Assembly (NCBI RefSeq): GCF_964204645.1
Contig: NC_134031.1
Span: 19,227,910 to 19,291,909, forward strand
Origin: Tubulanus polymorphus
Lineage: Eukaryota; Animalia; Nemertea
DNA: 64,000 nt
Reading direction: 5' to 3'
Translations under genes and position numbers: made by a program
Part shown: positions 42,701-57,100 of the stretch, one piece after another
Position numbering within the stretch: position 1 is the first letter of the stretch
How the letters are laid out: the number at the start of each line of letters is the position of its first letter
The notes under the pieces: generated by a model
Told to the model about the DNA's origin: nothing
Database searches by the model: none
What the model saw: the letters and a program-made list of their open reading frames with translations, nothing else

Positions 42701-45700
42701 CGAATGAATGAATGAATAAAATTATGAATGAAACGGTCGATGCGTCTGCTACTCCTCGTTTTTAATGATTGATTAAGACCGTTTCCGATACTCTGTATAA
42801 AACACAAACGGCGCCAAAACATTTCGACGAAAAGTTCATAGACGCTGACAATGGCAGACGATTAGGTTGTACCCGATGATTCCGAGGATCATTCAGTTCT
42901 CTTTTTTCGGAGATTGTCTCTCAGCCCACTCCCGAACTTTGCGGTTTTACCAACGTTTATTGTAACCGATTTTTCACAAAGGTTGTGTCATCGTTTGTTT
43001 GCCTTGCCAAAATATGAAAGAAGTGAAGTCCTTAAAAAACCACACTAGTATTATATATTCGAAACAAAGATATGTATTCATTTCTATAGATAATAGATTG
43101 ACCGGCAGGGGGTTGGGTACCGGTGCAGTAAAGTTACACAAAATATATATATTTCCAGGGGCGTAGGTATCGCTTTAGGCCGGTACTACACTTTCTTTGC
43201 CAAGTTATCATTTACAAAACGAATGACATTTATCCATAGAATTTCTGGAGTTTAAGAGTTTGATTTTCTATTGATTATTCAATAGATAAGGAATATTTCA
43301 AATACGAGTAAAAATCAAATGCGTAATAGTGAAATTAATCGACTGATAATTATCAGACCGTAAAAATTGAACTGAATATTCGTTTTATTCGTGAAGAATC
43401 AATTGACGATTTATTCTTTCAGTTTCTTTGAAGAAAAAAAGAAGTCTGCACGCGCGTCTTAACAAAGTACTTCATATACACAGAACGTGTAATGTTACGC
43501 GTAAAAAATCATTCGTTCAATTAATTTTCCTTCTATTTTGCTGAAACTCTGCCAAAAATGTGTATGTACGTATTACAATCGTTGATAATGATAAATGTAT
43601 AATGAATGAAAAGGTTTAAACATATATATAGGTTTTTTGTTCAAGTCTCGTGGCCCATTCTTTTGAACGGGAGTGTCTTCTCCCGATTGTCGTCAATGAC
43701 AAACGGTTTTGATTTTCTATTCTGGAACCTGTCTTCGGTCTGCTAGCAAATTATTTGATCTGCAAATAATAGGTTTGCCTTGTCGTATTGTAGTATTTAG
43801 TATTGTCTGGCTAGTCGGACGAACCTGGGCAACTTTTTATGTACAAATATACACATATACCCGAGCGATTATTGAAGAAAACGAGCTTGAAAGGCGATCT
43901 AGGTGTATTCTAGTTTGATTTGATATTGTTTAGTCGGTTGTTTTTTTGGCACAAGACCCAGTACTCACAGCGGGATGTCGGCGGCGTGCGCGGTTCGTCT
44001 GCTTTGAAATCGTGTCAATTGACGAAACTTCTCCTCGTTACAACAAAGGTACAAAGCGCACACAAAAACGAATGCAATACGTGCCCACCATTTCCGGGTA
44101 GGTTGAATAAGAATTGCCAAATTTCGTCATCGAAAACGCGAATGTGAACAAGTTTTTTTTTAATGAAGTCCGCGGAATACAAGGCCAAACCTCCTGCTCC
44201 CTCCAACACCATTCATTGTGCACCGGACGGTTTTCCTCGTATCCGGATCCACACGGACACGCATTCTTGATCGCTGAATGTTAAGGTCATGTAATTGGAC
44301 GATCGGTCTAGTTAAAGCGGGATTTAGAGTGCTGATAATTTGGGTCGAGATATCAACGATGTAAGAAGGCCTTTGATTCCAATTGTTTCACGCGACACGG
44401 TCGTTTTCAAACAGAAAGCGTGCCGCCGATATTATGTGGAAATTCACGATAACCCGACACTTAAACCTTTCTCAGACATAAGAATCGAATTACTTCCGTT
44501 CTCGAAAACATTAAATAACAATTACTGCCGGGGTATCTAAGTATTTCGAGTTATCTAATGTTTTTTCTACGAATTGGAGACTGTGATTTAGAAAAACATT
44601 AGAACAAAATGTCATCGTCATAAAAATGACTGGTGAACGTTATGCAATAGACAAGGTTAAAGTTGAAGTTGTGATGTGAAGCCTTTTTAACATTTTTCAT
44701 TTTGAATTTGATCACGTGTATCAAGAAGAATGGACAAAACCTTGGACGAACGAATTTGTTTCCTTTTCTAGAATGCTAACAACTATAGGCATCTTCTTTG
44801 ATTCAACAGCCGCATTTGAACATCTTATTGACTGGTGAAGAGCTAATGGTCCTAACTAGACGACTGGCTTTGAGCAACGCGTTCAGTTATTTGTATAATA
44901 CAACGAGGAACATCGTTTCCAAAAGAGATCATGAATCAAACACGATTCTCAGTGGTCAATTCATAGCCGGGTTTCACTGACGACAAAAGATCATATTCTC
45001 CAATACGTCGTGTGTGTTCGATACAATATTACTACGACGTTTTTAAGACATTATGAATGAAGGCCAATGCGCGCCCCTTAAAATACGGCTCTCAAAATGC
45101 ATGAATGGCAACAGAAATGATGTCAAGAGACAACAAAACGTCCAAAAACCTATTCACTATCGGGTACCCGATCGTCGTTTTCGTCTAGTCGATTCTTGAA
45201 AAAAATGAATTATGAAAAAAAACGCGGTAGTGTTAGAATTACGAGTGCATATTGAAAAAGCTTGTCGAACAAATTTGCAAACATCGTTATATCGCTTACG
45301 ACCGCACATCACTGGTTTTTTCGAAGTTGTTTTAAGGGACTGTTCTTAGCGCGCGAAGGCTCGGGTGAAATTAGGTTAAGGAGTCTGAGCTGTGAGAACT
45401 ACTTGTTATTGTCCACTCTTGAATAATGATCATCCGCACTTCGCGAAAGCACTGAACACACCTCGTTTCGATAATATGAATTTTCAAAAAAAGATAAGTA
45501 CCGTTCGTACTTGTATCATGACGTCAAACATTTCGAGTATTCGAGTTTCAAGTTTTGAATAATTAGTCATTTTTGCGTCATAACCACTTCGAAGCGATTA
45601 TAGACGTTATATCTACACGTTCGTACACAGAAACAATGAATTTGCACTCCACACGTTGCCGAATGTTAAATCTGACCAAAGGTTGACCACGATAATATCA

Positions 45701-46478
45701 AACGAATGATAAATTTACTGGAAATGTCTGAACAATTATATTGGCCACGAGTTTAGAAGATAAGACCATCGACTTTCTGTGTTAGCTATAGTGTAAATGC
45801 ATTGAAAAGCTACACAAGAAAAACTTGAAACGATAAAATCTAAAACCTTTCTTCACTTAGAGATAGGTTTAACAAATCTAAATCTTAGTCTCGCGTCTTT
45901 CAGACAAATTACTTAGATTGTTTAGTATTATGCTGTGTGCCCCGTATCGAGAATTTGTCAGGCCTAAACAATTTTCTTTGCAAAAATAGACACAAATTCG
46001 CTTGTATCTTAAGTACTCTCAACTCTCGGCAAAATCATGCGAGAGATTTTCGCAATTATTTCTGTTAACGTATAAATGAATGAACAGCAAAAACTTGGCA
46101 CCAGCCGCGGAGGTAGGTTTGCAGCGAACTAGACGATCTCGAAAACCGCTACAGATACGCGAAACCGTGTTTACACCCAGTGGAACAGACTTGTTAAAAT
46201 AAATACACCCTGATTCAGGAATCAGTATCAATCACAAATAGAAATCGGAAAATGAACAACTTCTTTTTTGCATTTGAGTGAAAAAATTAGCACCGGAATG
46301 AAAATACAATTTGTGTGTACATTATGATAAAAATGTAATTGAGAAATTATCTGATATATCATATTTGACCCGAAAATTACAAGCGATAACCTTTCGTTCG
46401 ACATTTAGAACAGCTAGCTAACCGTGCAGAGAAATTCAGAAAATTAGAAGAGAAATAGCTTTAAAAAAATCTTCCTAC

Positions 46479-46662
46479 CTTTTTGCTGCTTGGTAAGTCC
46501 ACTTGGTTTATAGTTGGGGAGCTGTGTAGGTTGGTAGCTCTTTGCAGCGTGAGGTGTCAGCCCTGAAGGGACGTCCATACTATCCGAGCTGCTTTTATAC
46601 GTATACGATAGCCCACCTGATAGCGCATATCCTAGAAATGGGCCGACCTGAACTCTGATTGG
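46479..46662 (-). promoter_or_regulatory. CCAAT plus TATA promoter and non-coding first exon, probably of the prepropeptide gene
   Basis: Minus strand CCAAT at 46662-46658, TATAAAA at 46599-46593, ~85-nt exon ending AAG|gtagga at 46479. The prepropeptide ATG exon has an acceptor at 39715 that needs an upstream exon. Confidence 0.6.
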
Positions 46663-49486
46663 CGTCTTTCGTTTGCGTTCGAGAGTCGGAGTGAATGAGT
46701 TACGTGTGTGTATACACCCGACTTCACGAACGTGTTTTGAACTTTAGCCGTTTTTGCAAAACGTGAATGACAGTGTGTGAACGTCGCCTGTATGTAGCGA
46801 GGTTATTGGTTGCGCCGGTGGGTGTGTTCGACTTATGGTCACCTACATCGACGATATTCAACGATAGCCGTTCATTTAAGAATTCAAAATTCAGTAGAAA
46901 ACGGTCAGTAAATCAAGCCGATTATTTTCTCGAATTGAAACTATGTTCCGCGTTACCACCAGGGATGTATTTAAGCATCAAAATCAGTCGGGGATGTTCT
47001 CGGACGCAGAGTTGGCAGCCAGTGCGCTTTCAAGCCGTTCTCAGCGGAAATGTGCAATGAAAACTGCTCACTTTTTAAAACATCCCCCACCAAAAAGCTA
47101 TGTTTCAGATGTTCCTTTCGGCATATCTTTCTTGTAAAATAGTTCTTTCATCTTTAGTCAATAGCTTCGTATTTCACCTCTTCATACGTATAAGTATTTC
47201 TGTAAGTTTTGGTTTTTTTTGTATCCGAGCCATAATTTGACAAGTCCTACGTCAAACACCCCTAAACCCTGGTCTCATTTATATATGACTTACACTGTAT
47301 GACGTAGTTGTTAGTCAGATATGACTTTGGAACCATGAGAATCAATTGAAAATGAGATAATACCGATTCCACAAAGTAAAATATAAATCAAAACCGTAGA
47401 ATTAATTACGTATATGCTCTGGAACTGTGGGTCCTACCCGCGGGCGGCGTCGTACAAATACTTTAGTCTCGCAAATAACTGCGAAAATACGACCGAGAAA
47501 TCTATGAATAATCATAGTGTAAACAATCGAATCTCATTGATATATATTGAAGCTAGTCAGTTCACGTTTATCACAAATCCCATTCATGAATTCGACCCGT
47601 TCATGAATCGAAGTGTTGAATTACGAAATCAGGAGAGGTTTTGCGCGCAGTTACAAATCACATATATCATATACATGTACAAATACGTATCATTCACGAC
47701 GCGGCGACCTTGATCTGGATATCCAAATTTGTTTAAGGGATACCGGTAATATTATCTCACTAGGCTTATATGTATATCATGCATATACAATGGGTTTCTT
47801 GCTAATGCGTCGATGAAAATGTGTCACACAAAAGTGCGACCTTTAATTTCAGCTCTCGGACCGAACTTCCCAAGTGCTTCATTCATATTCCTCGAAATCT
47901 CCGAAGAGATCCTGTACTCAAAAACAGCATAATGAAGCAGCCGAATTCCGGCTAGGGTGGCCTATATTCGACAATGGCCCAGTTTTTTGGTGCCCCGATT
48001 GATGAAGATGCGTTATATCCATACACGACAATGTCAAAAGAGCATTTTTGTTTGGAACAAATTGTGTCGGCGAAGAGCGGTTTGATGACATGTCAAGAGT
48101 CGCTCTCAATGACATTCTGAACACGATACACCGTACCAGCAGAGTATCACACGAGGACGTTTTGAAATATCATTACAAGTTCTAATAAGTTTCCATATTA
48201 CCCTAATCTATTGCTAATTTAATTCATATCCGGCTCTTTGCACAGCAGTTTCAGCGGGCAATGCGACGAGAGTGGGAATAGAGTGCAGAGGGAAGGTAGT
48301 GAAGAGGGGAAGAGGTAAATAGGAGGGCGTTGTCAGGGCTTTTTAGGCCTAATTTGCTAAACCGTTACAACTTCATTTTTGTAAAGAAGCACCTGTGGGT
48401 GAGCGGTCCACGCAACCCTTGTATAAAATCGCTACATCACTACATTGTTTCATAGAAAAATATTGGATTTATAACGTTTCATTTGATTTATAAATGTGTC
48501 CGAAGAATTTTGTTTTTGCACCTTTTGTTTTCGCATTTTTCAAGCGCCGACGAAAATTTTCGCAAACCTATTTCAAAGTCGGACAAGACGGTCGTAAATC
48601 GTCTGGCAAATACCGAACTGACGCGTGCAGAAATAAACAACCATGAAATCATCATCAACGTATTTTAAAATCACACCTTTATTGAGTAATAAAACCGTGA
48701 ACCGATCATGTCTGTACCGTAGACACTTCCGCGGTGGTCCACGCCCCAGCAGCCGAGCAATTGCCATCGTCTCAGTTTGTCCGCGATCGAACGAATGGAT
48801 TTTAAAAATTCGTTTAGAAAAAATTCTTGACATTTGAATATGAATGCCAACCTACAGGATGGTAGAGCGGGTAAAACGTTTAATTCTACGAAAGTCACTT
48901 TGAAAAGAGTAACGACTTAACAAGTTTAGATATCGCTTTGAAAATGAAGTTTGCACTTATGGTAAAAAGCAAACAGTAAACTCTTAAAAGAATGTACGTG
49001 AATTTTATTTTGATCAAAATATAATCATTTTGATCATTTTTCTTTAACCAGGCCATAAGCATTATCATGTCTGGAAGTAAGGACTAACCCATTAAAGCGC
49101 AGTTCGTTTCAATTCTGGCCTAACGTTTCGACAACACAACAAAAAGGCACAATACCGACACAATCAACTCTGAAAATTGGCCGAAATAAAAAAAAAGGAA
49201 TCGTATGTCATACGAAATTGCATTGAAAACTTTACAGACACGAATCGTTACTGTTAACACAAAGCCGGGCGCGTGTGCCTTCGCTTCAAAGATGATTAAT
49301 TGTCTCGGTGCCTTTTGTATCGGTTCACAGTCATTCAAGTCTAACAGAAAAAATCGGTCTTTATAACATTTTCAGTCTACATACGTAAGTATCAATTTGA
49401 TACTTTTTTTTTATATTTTCATTGTTATATTTTCGTTCTTTTCAATTGGTTTTGAGGTGAACCGTTAGTGCAAAATGAATACATGA

Positions 49487-49489
<3 letters not shown>

Positions 49490-49571
<82 letters not shown>
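49490..49571. repeat. (TA)n microsatellite
   Basis: About 40 uninterrupted TA units. Confidence 0.95.
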
Positions 49572-49573
<2 letters not shown>

Positions 49574-52500
49574 AACAGGGGCTGCGTATTCACATTTTCT
49601 CAATTCCCATTTCGAACTATTTTTTCAACTCGATCCTGTTTACGAAGTATTATACACCTACGCGCAGTGATCGGATTGTCTGTGATGAGAAAATAATTCT
49701 CGGTGCCAAAAAATGTATTTACGAAATTTATATTGGGTTATATGAAAATTCAAATATAAGTTCATATTCTTGTATAAGCTAACTGTTTCTTTAAAGCAGT
49801 CCTTCATTTAATATAATTCCATTTTAATGCATTTGCTTTTTCATTAAATCTGTAAAAATTTTGCTTGAAAATAAACTGTATTATATCATATCATAATATA
49901 TCAAGTAACGTTTTGATTCTCGAGTCGATTTCATTCCTCGTTGGGTAAATCGAAGTTTGAACTCGGGGTCTAATTGTTCACCGGAGCTTTCTTTTACTAA
50001 CTCCAATTTCACTAATTCGGTTCATTTCTTGGGTTTTTGTGAAACTGGTCCTGGTCACGCGGAATAGAAGCGTATATACACGCGTTCTTGTCGAGAGTGT
50101 AAGCAAGTACGAAAATGCTGTAGATCTTTCTTCACCCCGAAGTTCACCGAGGACATTTAGACAATTCATTCTCCCAGTCTTAGAATCCTAAATCACTATC
50201 AGGTTTGACGGAAAAAATATTTCAATTTGAAAGGCAAGTCAAGTTGAACGAGTACGGCGAGGATATGTACTAAAAATTCCGACCCTTGCCTGTTATAGCC
50301 CTGAATTTATTGGCTATGGATATTTCATCGTCTGCCGGCCCTCCCATTTTTTGTCAGTAATTCGAGGCACCCCCCCCCCCTATAATCACTCCTAGTTCTT
50401 GTTGACCTGATTCCATCCACCGACAACTTCCATGAATTCTTCTATGGAAACGTTTTTAAAGAAGGCCTCCTTACGTAACTAGTATTTTTTGATATAAAAT
50501 TTGAGCACCATTTCGAAGAAACTATGAAAAATCTAAACACTTCAAATTCTCATGTGTATATTAAGTCTTGGCTTGGCTTATATGTACATTTTTTACTGCG
50601 CAGTTCTTTTTCGAACGGAGGTACCGTAATTGGTATTTTTAAATTTTCCAGTAACAAAGACCTTACTCAGCGTGCTCCACAGACAACTAGGGCTAGGTCT
50701 AGTTTTTTTTTTGGCGTCAATGGAACTGACTCGATACTTGACCGAGACGCGTGGTAGGAACCGTTGCGCACGGTCGGGTCAACAACTAACACGGTTTCGG
50801 TAAGGACCCGATAGTTTTCTGATTCAAGGACTTCAAGTTTCCCGGTTAAATTATGTATAAGAATGTTTTTTTTCTATCTACGCAATTTGAGTCGTGAGTT
50901 TCGAACGACCGGCCAATTTTCAATCGATTTTCGCGAAAGTTTGCTGACGTAATTTCATATTGCGCTTGCCCGGCGGGGATTTCGTGCCAGATTTGAATAG
51001 TTTTGCGTCACTAACGGTCGACGTATCATTATTCATCGCAGACGATCTTTGGTTATTACACGATCATATCAACTAAAATGCGTCAAGACAAAAAAGGTTA
51101 AATACACTTAGAAACAATAGACACATCTTATGTATGCGCAGTTTAAACTGAACACGACGGCCTTTCCACCTGACCTTCGTGTCCAGTGACGTAGCAGGTC
51201 TACAGCTAAAACGCGTCGGTTTTCATCGAGCAAAACTCAACACCAAAACTCTTGAGCTAATCCATCGAAATCAACGCTTATATCTTTTTACATTTTTCCT
51301 TTATACTCACACTCTTCAACAAACAACATATCAGTTGCTACAAGGTTATTGCAGTTTTTTATTGTTGTTTTGTCGAATTGGTAAAGCTGAAATTTCATTC
51401 ATTTCTAGGCCGTTAGATAAAACAAGCTTTCAGCAGTTGTCCTCAACAACAACTTTTTTCTATTGGGAGAAAGATCCTTTCCATTTTTCTTTAACTAGTT
51501 CTCGTAATGTCTCAGTTCAGAACGTCCTATCTTACCGCTACAAATACAATTATTATACGGATGTTGTCAGTCTCTCCGAGGCATAAATACGAACAAGATA
51601 TCCGTCGTTATTAACTGCTGGTAAAAGGAAATTGTCAAATCATCTCGATTACAGTCATAATCTAGAGTAATTCGTGCCGTCTGCAGCCGAGACTGCGGTT
51701 CAGACGTTCAGAATATTATAAAAGTCCATGGTTTTCAAATCAGATGGCGACTGGTAGATATCAAAGCCCGGTACCATTTTGTGAGCTTGATTCGATAGGG
51801 GAAATCCAGCTCGATACTGTATAGAACTCGGTGCAGAATCGCAAACCAAGAAACTGTGGCACTGGATTCAGAGTCAAATGAGACCCACACAATTGTGGAA
51901 TCAGGTCCATCCAGGCATAGACGAATTAAATTCATAACTGTGGAACAGAGTTCAATCCAAAACAACAACGGGTCCACAAATTCAAGATAAGACCACAAGT
52001 AAAAGTAGTCACAGGGCAGTAACCTGGCTTAGGTATATACACGAGGTTAGACCGTGTCGGAGTTTACTCAATGTATTAAACCATGAAGGATGTAAACAAT
52101 ATAATTGCGGGATTGATAAATATTGGATCATTAAGAGCTAAGATCAAACCGGTAATGACCTACGATTAACACGGAAACTATTTTACTCTCTGTGCACATA
52201 GGAATCTCAGCATTAAATATTGACTATATTCTGGACGTTATTAATCTCTTCCCCAAGGGCAGCGTACTTCAGACATTTCCTGTAGCGAAGGACAGCTCAG
52301 CTAAATGCCGTTGCTCCTTCCCAGGCAGATCCGTCTCAAAAATATGTTCTCTAACAAAAAGTTATCTATTCACTAACAAAACCCATCATCCTTTCATAAC
52401 AAGAGATTCTTTTTTAACGGGGTCCGTCTGCCTAGTTTACGAAGCCCATCGTGGACTCCATTGTGAGGTTGTCTCAATAAGCCAGTTGCACGCGAGTTTA

Positions 52501-52943
52501 ACCCCCTAATATGTCCATTCCAACAGGAAATGAAGGATCCTACGCGAGTTTCAAGCAAACGCCATTCCCTTACTAGATTCCATGTCAGAGCGCGGCCTTG
52601 ATTGGGTTTCTAAGTGACATTTTCGGGACACGGGAACAATTCTCTACGACTTGTCCTCGACTTATAGGTCAACGAAAACCAACACTACTCGCATACGCAA
52701 ACGTGACAAGACTGAACTGAAAACGAAAACTACAATAACAAACCATCTTTTTCAATGATATAATCGTATTTTATAATTTATTCTTTTATTTACGCGTTTG
52801 CATCATCGAACATAATACGTAACATATATTCATGAATCAAGCGACGCAATTGCGACATTGGTTTAGTATTTTAATGTATTTACATGACTAGTTATAGTGT
52901 GTTAATGCAGATTACAGCATGAATCCAGACTTCACATTGTGTT

Positions 52944-53074
52944 CAGGGGCTGGTTCCACAGTCGAGACTTAAGTCCATGAGTTGGCTTAAGTCTTAAGAT
53001 TGGTCTTATGGTGTAAGATTGGCTATAGAACTAACATGGTCTAAGACTAAGCCAAGACTATGGAACCGGCCCCA
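52944..53074. mobile_element. MITE family B (TIR CAGGGGCTGGTTCCAyAGTC, internal TAAGAC/GTCTTA motifs)
   Basis: CAGGGGCTGGTTCCACAGTC...GACTATGGAACCGGCCCCAG. Degenerate relatives near 30590-30695, 33250 and 39133-39240. Confidence 0.6.
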
Positions 53075-53764
53075 GGAGACATTTAATTGTAAATGAACTA
53101 CAAACACCGGACATAAGACATTCAATCACAACAAATTGCGAATGTCTGAGAGGTGGTTCCAAGATGCGGATTATGAAATCCCCTGCAAAAAGTGACGTTT
53201 TCAGAGCTTGTGATTAGAATTAGTAGCAATGAAATTAGAAATAGATGATTCGTTCACAGCACGACTGATACATAGTCATATATAACGCGTATACTGAATC
53301 ACAGGGATATATAAAAATATAGCATTCTTAGAATTTCAATAACAAATGTTTTTATGAATATGGATCCTATTTATACAAACCACTAGAGGCTCGGTAAAAG
53401 TTACAATAGTCCGAGAACGGCCTTAGACTGGTCTAGAGAAAATCGTGAGGCTAATATGATATAAGCTTCGATTGTGTAACAACAAACCCCTGGGTCGGGG
53501 GTAAGCCATTTCAGGACTTCAATCCATAATGTGTAAACAAATATCAATTCTAAACCAATAATTATTGATCAATTTAGAAAATAAAATATGACCAATCATT
53601 TATGACTAGTCAGAAGTTGCTAGGATGACTACAGTGCCAAAATGAGCTATGACCGGTCTTGGTGAATGCAGAACCAAAATGAGCTTAGACTTAAATCTAG
53701 GCACAGGCTATTTACAACTGGGTAATAACAATGTCTTCCAGCACCGCGCGTTTTAATACAAGGG

Positions 53765-54072
53765 CAGGGTCCCTACAGCTCAGTCATTCTCGGATATAAG
53801 TTTTCAAGTTTTAATAATTCTAAATTTGAAGGAAGCGTCTGCATCACTTTCATAAAAACCGCATTACAGTAGACTGCTCCTTAATCGGTACTGTTTAAAC
53901 CATGAATTCGGTGGTTTTGTAAGCAAATCCTGGACTTTACCGATTTAGGCATAGTCTATTTACTGTACAATTTCTAATTGCCAATTTCGCAAAATTAGAC
54001 GAGTTTCTGGAATTTTGCTCAAATTAAAGGAGTTTCAAGCACCTTTCGACATTAATTAGTCGTAGGGACCCT
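53765..54072. mobile_element. MITE family C (TIR CAGGGTCCCTACA)
   Basis: CAGGGTCCCTACAG...GTAGGGACCCT. A second copy with shared internal sequence (AAATCCTGGAC, GATTTAGGCrTAGTCTATT, TTTTGCTCAAAT) lies at ~59713-59952. Confidence 0.7.
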
Positions 54073-54112
54073 AGAGAGTCTCATCACCATCCATTATGGA
54101 GAAACCAGTCGA

Positions 54113-57100
54113 TCATTCATTCATTGGTTCGTCCTCCGGTGCAGGTAATTCACCGGCGTTGAATTTGCGAATGTTCTCAACGACTTTCTGCGCGTAAATT
54201 CGAATGCGCTCGTACGGTTTGTCGTGATTTAAAATAGCGTTCAATAAACTGATGCCGTTCTCTTTCTCCACCAGTTTACAATATTTCTGGGCTGAAAAAG
54301 AAAGGGAGAGAAGTTACATTCTTTCTGGAAGATTCCGTATGAAAACAATGTGAATATTTTCATCTCATTGCACTTATTGGTTACTTCATATTTTCGAAAA
54401 ACCTTAGGGAAACGCTTCCACATTTGTGATTTAGCGTTAACTTTGAGTTAAAATTAGAGTTAAAATCATTTTCAATACCGGTAAATTAACTCTCGAGTCA
54501 AATCTCAGTTCAGAATTGTAGAACTGGTTCCAGGAATTTGAATCTTTATAAGTTTTGAACTTGCGAGTTCGTAAAATCGTGAGCTTGAGTGAAGCACGAC
54601 TTATCACCTAAAACTTATCTACCGGTATGCCCAAAATATCTAGAATTTTTACCGCAATAAGCTGAAGCAATCTGGGGCCAGTTGCTCGAAAGTTGGTCAG
54701 TTGATAGAATTATGGTATTTATCCATCGGTTATCTCCAACCAACTGGCCCCAGCCCTGCAGCAAGCTTTATGTATACCCAATCTTGCAATTTCAGAAACT
54801 TTAGACTTGTCTTGAGATTTGAGGCCTTGTTTCATGTTTTTTTATTTGTTCTATACTAACGGTAAACTGATGTGAGATTACACAGTGCCCACGTAGCCCA
54901 GTGTTGAGACGCAGGTGTGTCGAAACAATTCAATAGACTTAATATTGGCTCGAACGACCTGAAAAATATTCACTTATAAATTCATTTCAAATGATAAGAA
55001 AGCAACGAAAGAGACATAAATGCCATCGAAGGAATTCTCGAATTTCACTTGATGGTCTTGCACCAGTTAATCTAAAAAGTCTTTCACATCAATATGTTCC
55101 TCGTCGACCACTTAGATCCAGCAATGATCCAACAACTCTAGTCAAACGTAATAACACCCGCGTTGCTGGTCACGCTGCTTTTACTTTCATTGCACCTATA
55201 TTACGAAATGCTTTACCCCAAAATATTTGTTAGTTTTGAATCATGTTTAAAAACATTAGTTGAGCTATATAAGCAAATAAATCATTATCATTATGTTCAA
55301 ATACTGTACCCAGTTGCACAGTTGTGAGTTCGAGTTAAAATTTGTTCATTTTCAATGAGTCAAATTATAACTCACAACAGCGGTTCCAGGCACATTTAGG
55401 CAACTCAATGAACTAAATCTTAAATCAATTTCACTTTTCCAGCTTAGTTACCGGTAGTTGATATTTCGTTTTGAGTTGATATCCCAGCGCTCTATAGCGG
55501 CAACCATTTTGTTGAGCGTGTCGTCGAGACTGGGGTCAGCGAGAGTCCACGCGTCTGCGCCGTCGGAAGCCATGTGAGCCAGAACACCAGACGCATTATA
55601 ACTGACTTCTATACCATCGCTATCGCTGTCCAGCAGATGACTATAACAGAACAAAAATACAAAATTTCAACACTTTTAAATCTTATATATTCAGTTTAAT
55701 TTTCTTTTGGAACCCGAGCGAAATTTTCCAAAATCCGCTGTCATATAGGTCATGTCATATCCGCTGTTTGGAAAATTGTAACTTCCTTAAAACGCATGTT
55801 CCATTTTCGGGATCGATTTTAAGTCGCTCGAAAAAACTAGTCCATAATCTGGAGCATAAAACCCCTCCCCGCTCTCTTTAATCATGATATCTACCTGAAA
55901 ACCTGCACGTACTCCTTTTGCATGAGTTTTGGCCGAAGTTCAAAATTTTCAGCCACGTTGCCCTAAAAACAATAATTAAATGTATGAAGTGCGTGCCAAT
56001 TACATGAGAAAAAGTGGACCAGAAAAATGTCTACTTGAAAAGTCTCAACTAACCATCAATCCCATCATATTACGTAACAAATCGTGTTCATCCGGAAATT
56101 GCTGCAAAATAGAAAATACAGCTTGTATTGAAATTATAACGCGCTGTATACAGGACGTCAACGATATTGAATGTCATACAAACATCTAAACATCTGATGA
56201 AATATTTCATGCCGCAACCTTCTAAAAATCGTGAACAGTTTTTCGGGGTTTCATCTGTAAATATGAAACAAGTTTGAACAATATCACTACAGGGGTAGAC
56301 TCCGCCTAAACCGCTCGAGTTGGGAACTTTATTTTTCTACGAACCGGTTATATTCCACATCGTGCTCCACGCCACTTCTAGAATTTCGTCGCAAACTTTC
56401 AAATTCAATTTGTATTCGATAACTTTCAGCATCATCTGAAACGCAGATAGAAACAAATTATATATTAGTGTTTCCTAAGAAAACAATCCTAGTAGTGATA
56501 TGAAGAAATAAAGGCCTCGTCCCCGGGTGAAAATGGCTCTGTAACTTTGTGGGTCTTGGTCGATAGAACAATCATACCAAATTTGGAATTGATCTGGTAA
56601 AAACTGTAGGGCTAGTAGCAATTTTAAAAGTTGACAGACGCTCAGCCCTAACCCATCTTCGGTCACAGTGAAGCTTAAAAGGCATAAAATCATGCAGCAT
56701 ACAATAATTGAGACGATCAGTCTCTACACGAATGCTCCATCTGTTGGACAGTGTCTAGACTTACCGCGACAGCTCCCAGATCGCCGACGAGTTGTTTTTC
56801 TTTGCCGTCGACCTGACACGCGAGACTGTTCAGCAGATAGATTCCGATTCGCTGAACGAAGTCATCGAGATTGTGGTAAATACCGCTGTTTGGATCGATT
56901 ACGTTTAGCAGAATACGAACTGTTCGCTCGTAATGATATAGCTATAAATAAACAGCGAGAAAATTACATTTAAAACCCATTCAACCCATACTACACAGGG
57001 TTCTTATAGATATTCCCTGATATTTCCCTGACCCTTAACAAAAAATTCCCTGATTTGAATTATAAGACAATCTCAGCGGAGGTGTGTTTCTTCTTGAGAG

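Noticed and set aside
43960-44275. Exon-like segment inside the putative first intron of the prepropeptide gene
   Set aside because: Splice-like sites exist, but no frame is open throughout and there is no usable ATG-to-donor frame; at most a non-coding exon.
49468-49782. IY-repeat ORF
   Set aside because: Translation of a (TA)n microsatellite.
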